This document shows, piece after piece, positions 15,640-22,104 of a stretch of 26,739 nt of DNA. The notes under the pieces were generated by a model. The model did not search any database and had not been told where the DNA came from. It saw nothing but the letters and a program-made list of their open reading frames with translations. Source of the DNA: a virus (Duplodnaviria > Caudoviricetes); the IMG/VR virus record IMGVR_UViG_3300025886_000131, positions 1 to 26,739 of that record. One strand, written 5' to 3'. The translations under genes were made by a program, and so were the position numbers. Position 1 is the stretch's first letter. Each line of letters begins with the position of its first letter.

Positions 15640-15680
15640 ATTCTTTGTTTTGATCTGTTATACTTAATTTGTTATTCATA

Positions 15681-15716
15681 TATATTATCAATACCTCGTC
15701 GTGTAGGTTTTGTAAA
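15681..15716 (-). promoter_or_regulatory. Class I promoter-like motif
   Basis: TTTACAAAA-N5-ACGA-N9-GATAATATA, abutted by TGCTATACGC. Confidence 0.7.
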
Positions 15717-15881
15717 TGCTATACGCGGAAAAAACGGTAATTTTCAATAGAAAATACTAAGATTTAGCTAAATACCTAAAATGCTATACGCTGCCGCGTA
15801 GGGCGGAGTCTACTCTTCCGATTCTATTGCAAGATCAGGCCATTAAACCGCTACTTATTAGGTAACGGCTGGGTAATTAAG

Positions 15882-15931
15882 AGTGTGACATTAGCCTGTT
15901 ATATATAATAGTAGTAGGCTATCGTCGCACT
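15882..15931 (+). promoter_or_regulatory. Palindromic element, copy A
   Basis: AGTGTGACATTAGCCTGTTATATATAATAGTAGTAGGCTATCGTCGCACT. Confidence 0.7.
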
Positions 15932-15932
15932 G

Positions 15933-16073
15933 CTAGGATGATGATCCGAACTCTTGGATGCATCGTGCAGTCATCTCTTGTTCGTCTGACCATCCTGAAG
16001 GATATTCCTCGATGTATGTGCATTGCACGTATTTGGATCCATCTGGTCTGGTAATTGTTTTGCTTGTGTACAT
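15933..16073 (-). CDS. Small hypothetical protein (46 aa)
   Basis: MYTSKTITRPDGSKYVQCTYIEEYPSGWSDEQEMTARCIQEFGSSS. Confidence 0.45.
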   Translation of the reverse strand: MYTSKTITRPDGSKYVQCTYIEEYPSGWSDEQEMTARCIQEFGSSS

Positions 16074-16180
16074 ATTATTGTTTTATTTGGTGGATAGCTT
16101 TAGCGATTAATTTAAGTTCATCAAAGATGGTTAGAAAGAAATTGTTGATAGTTTTCATGTTATAGTTATTTAGATTCGTA

Positions 16181-16216
16181 TATATTATCAGTTGTTATTC
16201 GTAATGGTTTTGTAGG
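16181..16216 (-). promoter_or_regulatory. Class I promoter-like motif
   Basis: CCTACAAAA-N5-ACGA-N9-GATAATATA. Confidence 0.7.
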
Positions 16217-16247
16217 GGATCGAAAAGATCCTGTTAAGGAGGAGAGG

Positions 16248-16565
16248 TTATTTAGACCCCTCCGTTGCATCTGCAATGTCTGCTAGATGTCTAACATTAG
16301 TTGGCAGATTAGTTGACTGTGACCAGTATCCGCGCTTGATCCAGCAAGGCATTATGCTTAGTTTCGGCAACATCGCTTCAAGTATCGTATCGTGATTGTA
16401 TGTTACGACTTGGTCTTTATTGTTCGTAAAGGTAATGATCTGGTTGCGTCCGAGCCATGATTTTCTGACTACAAAGTTCTTGCGATTGATTGGTGGGAAG
16501 ATTAATGCTTTTTCTTCATTAGACATTTTTGCGATTGCATTGGTAATTAATTCTTGACTGTTCAT
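16248..16565 (-). CDS. Hypothetical early protein, paralog of 14983..15303
   Basis: High amino-acid similarity to 14983..15303. Confidence 0.8.
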   Translation of the reverse strand: MNSQELITNAIAKMSNEEKALIFPPINRKNFVVRKSWLGRNQIITFTNNKDQVVTYNHDTILEAMLPKLSIMPCWIKRGYWSQSTNLPTNVRHLADIADATEGSK

Positions 16566-16609
16566 AATTTACTGTTTTTATTTATTATTATTATTATTTG
16601 TTATTCACT

Positions 16610-16645
16610 TATATTATCAGGTTGCAGTCGTGATGGTTTTGCAAC
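16610..16645 (-). promoter_or_regulatory. Class I promoter-like motif
   Basis: GTTGCAAAA-N5-ACGA-N9-GATAATATA. Confidence 0.7.
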
Positions 16646-16679
16646 TATTTTTTAAAATGCAGGGGTTGAGGAGGAGAGG

Positions 16680-16850
16680 TTATGGAATTGGCGTAAAATC
16701 CATCAGATCGTTGTACTCTGCGATCAAAGCATCGTACTGAGGTGTCAGATGTTCGAACCCACCGTCTCGGATCAATATCTCAAGAGAGTCGATTATAGAT
16801 TCAAGGCGCAATTCAGGGTGGGCAATCATTAGAGATTTTTTCATGGTCAT
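16680..16850 (-). CDS. Small hypothetical protein (56 aa), first gene of the left arm
   Basis: MTMKKSLMIAHPELRLESIIDSLEILIRDGGFEHLTPQYDALIAEYNDLMDFTPIP, directly after the promoter motif at 16868. Confidence 0.55.
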   Translation of the reverse strand: MTMKKSLMIAHPELRLESIIDSLEILIRDGGFEHLTPQYDALIAEYNDLMDFTPIP

Positions 16851-16867
16851 TATTATTTAGATTCACT

Positions 16868-16903
16868 TATATTATCAGTAGCCGGTCGTAGTAGTCTTGT
16901 AAA
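16868..16903 (-). promoter_or_regulatory. Class I promoter-like motif
   Basis: TTTACAAGA-N5-ACGA-N9-GATAATATA, abutted by TGCTATACGC. Confidence 0.7.
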
Positions 16904-17000
16904 TGCTATACGCTTCGCTACGCTCCGCGATCATACATGAACAAGAGAGGTTATCGGTACAGCTTCCATTAGCTACAGCATAGATCGTACGGCAACACCG

Positions 17001-17042
17001 CAGACCAGGACCAGAGTCATAGCGCCAACAGACCAGGACCAG
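17001..17042 (+). repeat. Direct repeat CAGACCAGGACCAG x2
   Basis: Copies at 17001-17014 and 17029-17042 in the non-coding divergence region. Confidence 0.7.
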
Positions 17043-17262
17043 GCACCAGCACGTAGCTACATACCACAGGATACCTCAACAATACACAGGAAAACGTATC
17101 AAAAGGTCAAAGCATATGATTAAACACCAAAAATAAACGGGGACTGGGTCAAAGCAAATGCGTTTCCTTATCGAACCGGGTCAGTAGAAATTAGTATATA
17201 ACCCCCAAGCTCTAAGTATCTAATAAAAAATTTTTTTCAAAAAAAAATCTCTTTTGATCCCC

Positions 17263-17312
17263 AGTGCGACAATAGGTAGTTATATATTATAGTAAGAGGC
17301 TAACGTCGCATT
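17263..17312 (+). promoter_or_regulatory. Palindromic element, copy B
   Basis: AGTGCGACAATAGGTAGTTATATATTATAGTAAGAGGCTAACGTCGCATT. Confidence 0.7.
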
Positions 17313-17322
17313 TGATGGACCC

Positions 17323-17353
17323 GTAAGTACTGTCGTATATATGTAAGTATATA
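17323..17353 (+). promoter_or_regulatory. Class II promoter-like motif
   Basis: GTAA-N16-GTAAGTATATA ending 4 nt before the ATG at 17358. Confidence 0.5.
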
Positions 17354-17357
17354 AGGT

Positions 17358-17624
17358 ATGGGAAAACAAAAACTAACGGCTAAGGGAGCAGCTACGAAAA
17401 AAGCTAGAGATATTGCTTATGCAAAAGGAATAGCCTGGAACGGTAAACCCACATCTCAGCACAGAAGAACAGAAAAGAAAGCGGAGAACCAAAGGATAGG
17501 GCAGAATAGTACATCGGACATACATCATATTGATGGTAAAGTCGGTAACACTAGAAGAGTATCTATAAAAAAGAACAGAGACACGTTCGGAAGCGGGGAT
17601 CGTCAAAAAACAAGAACAACGTAA
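17358..17624 (+). CDS. Small basic protein, possible degenerate HNH-like motif
   Basis: K/R-rich; DIHHIDG...SIKKNR resembles part of an HNH motif. Confidence 0.55.
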   Translation: MGKQKLTAKGAATKKARDIAYAKGIAWNGKPTSQHRRTEKKAENQRIGQNSTSDIHHIDGKVGNTRRVSIKKNRDTFGSGDRQKTRTT

Positions 17625-17635
17625 AAAAATAAAAC

Positions 17636-18913
17636 ATGGCTATAATTTATTCATACCCCACGGCAGTACCAAAGTTAATAGACAAAATAATAATCACTCA
17701 ATCATACGATGTTAATGCCGCAGCTCCTATAGAGGGTAATCCTACTAGAGCAGCATTGATATCTGATATTGGAGATTTATTAGGTGTAACAACAGGTACA
17801 GCTAATACCCTTCCAATGTTTTCCAGTGCCGGATTAGTAGACTCTCCCATATACACAGTACCCGGCTCCGAGGGGGTTACTATTGAAAATGAACTAGCCG
17901 TTCCGAAAATAAACTTTGGGTTCAACACTTATTACGGTAGAGATATGACTATCTCTGGAATTGCAGACGGAACTTTTGACGGAATACAGGTTACTAACGA
18001 ACTTGTTATTGGGAAGTTAGCTAATACCACAGGTGATCTTGCTATGTATTTTAAATACGGAGATGAAAGAGTAGGGGGAATTTATTTAGATGACGATGCC
18101 TCTCAGCAAGGACTCTCTTTTTACGTGCAGGAATCTGCAACAAATGCAAACATAGTTAAAAAGATATCTCTAAGAGAGGGAACAACTATTGGTAGCGCAT
18201 TAGCAACTACTCTTCCACCTGCCAACGGATTAGCTGTGCAGGGTGACGTAAAGGCATTAGGTAACGCTACTTTCGGAGAAGATGATTCACAAGAAGTTAC
18301 CATGGAATCTACTTTAAATATACAAGGACCTGTAAAAGATAGTGGGAGTAATTTAGGGGGTGACCAGCAAGTTTTGGTTTCTAATGCAAGTGGCAATGTA
18401 GCTTGGGGAGCTCTTCCTACAGGTACGGTAAAAGGAACCGGTGCAGTAAACTTTGTTCCTAAATGGTCAGCTACCGATACACTACAAAATAGTATTATAT
18501 TTGACGATGGGACTAATGTTGGTATTGGAACTTCAGGAACAAACCCTGCGGATAAACTGCATGTACAAGGTGCTGTAAGAGCGGTAGTTGCAGGTTCAAG
18601 CGGTGCTGCTTTTAATGCAACCAATGCCTTTGGTGTCACTTCGTCCATTCGTTTTGGTGATAACCACGCAGTGCTAGCATTAAAAAATAACTCAAACGTT
18701 GTAGCTGCAAGAATAAGTTCTAGTGGTTTTTCTTTTTTTAATGGTGGAAATGTAGGTATCGGAACAGAATCTCCTGCTTCACAACTTACGGTTAACGGGG
18801 GAGATATTGAGGTTGAGGATGAAAACAAAGGGTTAATATTACATTCGCCTAATAACACGCGTTATAGAATTACGGTTGCAAATGATGGAACACTATCTAC
18901 AGCAGCGATATAA
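17636..18913 (+). CDS. Virion structural or tail fibre-like protein
   Basis: G/T/N-rich; two NVGIGT..P...L.V.G repeats; C-terminal GLILHSPNNTRYRITVANDGTL. Confidence 0.7.
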   Translation: MAIIYSYPTAVPKLIDKIIITQSYDVNAAAPIEGNPTRAALISDIGDLLGVTTGTANTLPMFSSAGLVDSPIYTVPGSEGVTIENELAVPKINFGFNTYYGRDMTISGIADGTFDGIQVTNELVIGKLANTTGDLAMYFKYGDERVGGIYLDDDASQQGLSFYVQESATNANIVKKISLREGTTIGSALATTLPPANGLAVQGDVKALGNATFGEDDSQEVTMESTLNIQGPVKDSGSNLGGDQQVLVSNASGNVAWGALPTGTVKGTGAVNFVPKWSATDTLQNSIIFDDGTNVGIGTSGTNPADKLHVQGAVRAVVAGSSGAAFNATNAFGVTSSIRFGDNHAVLALKNNSNVVAARISSSGFSFFNGGNVGIGTESPASQLTVNGGDIEVEDENKGLILHSPNNTRYRITVANDGTLSTAAI

Positions 18914-18942
18914 AAAGTAAAAACAATAATTAAAACATCGAT

Positions 18943-19638
18943 ATGGCAAATATATCAAGTTATCCAAAAGCCACACCTACAGTATCGGACTTGTTGGTAG
19001 GTACTTCTACATCATTGAATCAGACAAGAAACTTTTCAATTGCTGATGTAGCCACTTTTGGTTCAGGTACTGATAGTAACTCATTAATGCTTAATAATGT
19101 AAAGATGAGGTCTGAATGGTCTAACTCAATAGCGGGGCAATTTGTTATTAGCGCTTTATTTACTAATTTAAGATACCCTTTATTAAAAGTTAATTTTGAA
19201 AACCTTCAGTTAAACGTAGGGTCAACATATAAGCTAATAATAGAAAGATTTAAAAGACCTTCCTCAAGAAAAGTTGCTGGAGGAATTCTAGAATATAGAG
19301 ATGCAGGATACAAAAGACAAAAACCGTTTGACTCTGGGGCTCCTTATAACGGTAGAGTTATAGAAATACCTATAACAGCTACTAGTGGGCAATTATTTGA
19401 CTTTAAATTAGATTTATACTATCCATGCGCAGGAACCGTTGTATTTAATGACACTGTTTTTCCAAAAGTAGCTGGTACTAGATCAACATTTCCTATTTCT
19501 GAATCAAAGCAATATGTAGCTTTTAGAATATCACAAACAACAAATGGTGTTACTAAAACTTCTCCAGTGCTACAAGAGTTAACTATGCTAGGCACGTTAG
19601 ATGGAGGGAATAGAAGAGTAACTTTTATACCAAGATAA
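18943..19638 (+). CDS. Putative virion protein
   Basis: N-terminus MANISSYP..TP...D resembles that of the upstream gene (MAIIYSYP..VP...D). Confidence 0.6.
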   Translation: MANISSYPKATPTVSDLLVGTSTSLNQTRNFSIADVATFGSGTDSNSLMLNNVKMRSEWSNSIAGQFVISALFTNLRYPLLKVNFENLQLNVGSTYKLIIERFKRPSSRKVAGGILEYRDAGYKRQKPFDSGAPYNGRVIEIPITATSGQLFDFKLDLYYPCAGTVVFNDTVFPKVAGTRSTFPISESKQYVAFRISQTTNGVTKTSPVLQELTMLGTLDGGNRRVTFIPR

Positions 19639-19658
19639 AAAATATAGAGCCTTCCTTT

Positions 19659-19714
19659 GAGTCCTCCACGTGAGGGTTCTGTTGGGTCCTCCACGTGAGG
19701 GCCCTGTTGAGGGC
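19659..19714 (+). repeat. 25 bp tandem repeat with a CACGTG-centred quasi-palindrome; possible terminator
   Basis: GAGTCCTCCACGTGAGGGTTCTGTT / GGGTCCTCCACGTGAGGGCCCTGTT, followed by a T-run. Confidence 0.6.
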
Positions 19715-19777
19715 TTATTTTTTAAAAGTAAACGTAAAATAAAACACAGCGCACTATTTACAGCAGCTTTATAAGAA

Positions 19778-19808
19778 GTAAAGTTTACTTAAATCACGTA
19801 ATAATAAA
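19778..19808 (+). promoter_or_regulatory. Class II promoter-like motif
   Basis: GTAA-N16-GTAATAATAAA upstream of groEL. Confidence 0.5.
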
Positions 19809-19861
19809 CTTAAGGAAGTTAAAATATAATAAATAATAAAATTTAATCAAATTAATTAAAC

Positions 19862-21415
19862 ATGTCAAACCAAATTGTAAAAAATCTCACCTTCGGTGAG
19901 AAGGCAAAGACCAATGTATTTAAAGGTATCGAAAAGCTTACAAAAGCTGTTAGTTCTACCTTAGGAGCCAGTGGAAAATGCGTATTACTAGAAAACGAAT
20001 TAGGTAAACCTGTTATTACCAAAGATGGTGTAACGGTTGCAAATTCAATAACACTTAGAGATCCTATTGAAAATATGGGTGCAACGCTTCTAAAGGAAGC
20101 AGCTAGGCAAACTGTTAAAGAAGCTGGAGATGGAACCACAACAGCTACAGTCTTAGCTCACTCAATATTATTAGAAGCATACGCTGCTAAAAACAGTGGA
20201 TCAAGGGAAATGAAGGAAGGTGTCGAATCGGCTACTAAAAAAGTAATTGAGTATCTAGAAAAGCTAGCGGTACCTGTTGAAGGAGATATGGTAAACCATG
20301 TTGCAACAATTTCTTCTAACAACGATAAAGAGCTTGGTAATGTTATTGCTGAGGCTTTTAAACAAGTGGGTAAGAATGGAGTTGTTACTATGGAGGTTTC
20401 AAATGATAGCGAAACAAGTTACGAAGTAATAAATGGAGCTGCAATAGATAAACCTTTAAAGAACTTCCACTTTATCACAGACGAAAGTAAAAAAGAAGCT
20501 GTACTTGAAAATCCATTAGTATTACTAGTAGAAAACAAAATAGAAAACATACGTAAGATACAAAGTGTTTTAGAGTATGTTATAAAAAACAATGAGCCTT
20601 TATTAATTATTGGCGAAGCAGATGAGCAAGTAGTATCCGCTTTAGCTATGAATAAAAAGAAAGGTAATATCAAAGTCAATATTATTGACACTCCTGACTT
20701 TGGAATATACAGAAAAGAAAAGCTTCAGGATATAGCTCTCTTAACAGGTGCTACGGTCGTGAATGAAGACCTTGGTGATGACTTAGATATGATAGAGGTA
20801 GAAATGCTAGGAAAGTGTTTAAAGTCCATTACAAACGACCAGGAGACCATTATACAAGTAGGAGATACATCTATTAAAGTTCAAGAAGTTATCGATTCGA
20901 TACAAGATGACATTAAAAAAGAAACTTTACCAGGTAAGCTTAATAGATTAGAAAAAAGATTAGGTTTATTATCTTGTAAAGTAGCTGTTATAAAAGTAGG
21001 TGCAAGCTCAGAGGTTGAGCTTAAAGAAAAGCAAGATAGAGTTGAAGATGCGATGTGTGCTACAAAAGCTGCTATTAAAGAAGGTATTGTACCAGGTGGT
21101 GGTATTGCTTTATTAAATGCTTCTACTTATGTTAAACCAAGCAACGATAATGAAAAAGTTTTACTAGAAGCTATTAAAGCGCCTTATTTAACTATACTAA
21201 AAAACGCTGGTTTAGAAGAAGTATATCCGAAAGGAAAAGGCAAAGGAATTAATGTAGTTACCGGTAAAGACGTTAATATGATTAAGTCTGGTATTATTGA
21301 TCCTTTATTAGTTACTAAAAGCGCATTAAAGAACGCAGCATCAGTAGCTACAACTATATTGTCAACAGATTGTGTAATCAACAACTTAAGAGTAGAAGAT
21401 GAAAGCAATAGGTAG
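19862..21415 (+). CDS. groEL: Chaperonin GroEL (phage-encoded)
   Basis: ITKDGVTVA, AGDGTTTATVLA, GIVPGGGIAL, GIIDP..V..SAL.NAASVA. Confidence 0.95.
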   Translation: MSNQIVKNLTFGEKAKTNVFKGIEKLTKAVSSTLGASGKCVLLENELGKPVITKDGVTVANSITLRDPIENMGATLLKEAARQTVKEAGDGTTTATVLAHSILLEAYAAKNSGSREMKEGVESATKKVIEYLEKLAVPVEGDMVNHVATISSNNDKELGNVIAEAFKQVGKNGVVTMEVSNDSETSYEVINGAAIDKPLKNFHFITDESKKEAVLENPLVLLVENKIENIRKIQSVLEYVIKNNEPLLIIGEADEQVVSALAMNKKKGNIKVNIIDTPDFGIYRKEKLQDIALLTGATVVNEDLGDDLDMIEVEMLGKCLKSITNDQETIIQVGDTSIKVQEVIDSIQDDIKKETLPGKLNRLEKRLGLLSCKVAVIKVGASSEVELKEKQDRVEDAMCATKAAIKEGIVPGGGIALLNASTYVKPSNDNEKVLLEAIKAPYLTILKNAGLEEVYPKGKGKGINVVTGKDVNMIKSGIIDPLLVTKSALKNAASVATTILSTDCVINNLRVEDESNR

Positions 21416-21659
21416 AAACTTGATAATAAAGATCATTAAAGAAGCAACTACTAAAACAAAAGGTGGTTTAATACTTAATGAAAAAAGTAGAGAAGATATA
21501 AGATATCGTAAAGCTACTATTGTATCCGTTGGAACAGATGTTGAAGGTGTAACGAAAGACGATACAATCTATTTTGACAGAAACGCTGGACACGGAATAG
21601 AAATAGACAACGAGAAACTACACGTTATAAAGAATCAAGATGTAGTAGTCGTATTATGA
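21399..21659 (+). CDS. groES: Co-chaperonin GroES
   Basis: KTKGGLIL mobile loop, ATIVSVG, cpn10-like size; adjacent to groEL. Confidence 0.9.
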   Translation: MKAIGRNLIIKIIKEATTKTKGGLILNEKSREDIRYRKATIVSVGTDVEGVTKDDTIYFDRNAGHGIEIDNEKLHVIKNQDVVVVL

Positions 21660-22102
21660 AACGATTAGAAGCAAGGGATATTAAAGATATGAACTTGCTA
21701 AAGCACTATCGTGTTATACGTAAATGGGCATGTAGGAATAACGGTTTAAACGATGCAGATCTTGAACTACTTATTTATTTCGATTGCATGGAGTTTTTTA
21801 CTAAACACGATTTTAAAATAGGTACATACGCTTATAGCTGGGATAATAGACGATGGAATAGGTTACTGAAAGAAGGGTGGATTGTAGTGTGGAGAACACG
21901 TAATAGAACCACTCAAAAATATAACATATATAAAGTATCCTTTAAGTGTAAACAGCTAATAAGCAAAATGTATCGAATAATGTTAGGAGAAGAAGATATA
22001 CCTTCTAGCGAAAAAAGAAACAGTATTATGCGTGGTAAAACGTATACAGATAAGGTTTTACAAACAGCAATACATAACGTTAACAAAGATAAAAATAGAT
22101 AA
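21656..22102 (+). CDS. Hypothetical protein, possible winged-helix
   Basis: LNDADLELLIYF...WNRLLKEGWIVVWR...IYKVSFK pattern; ATGA overlap with groES. Confidence 0.55.
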   Translation: MKRLEARDIKDMNLLKHYRVIRKWACRNNGLNDADLELLIYFDCMEFFTKHDFKIGTYAYSWDNRRWNRLLKEGWIVVWRTRNRTTQKYNIYKVSFKCKQLISKMYRIMLGEEDIPSSEKRNSIMRGKTYTDKVLQTAIHNVNKDKNR

Positions 22103-22104
22103 TC

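Noticed and set aside
16748-16765. GTTCGAACCC resembling a tRNA T-loop
   Set aside because: No complete T-stem or acceptor stem, and it lies within the small ORF 16680..16850.
4185-16903. Class I repeats or the 6.5-8.2 kb repeats as a CRISPR array
   Set aside because: Spacing is irregular, whole genes lie between copies, the repeats are not identical, and there are no cas genes.
19640-19861. CIRCE element upstream of groEL
   Set aside because: No TTAGCACTC-N9-GAGTGCTAA match seen.
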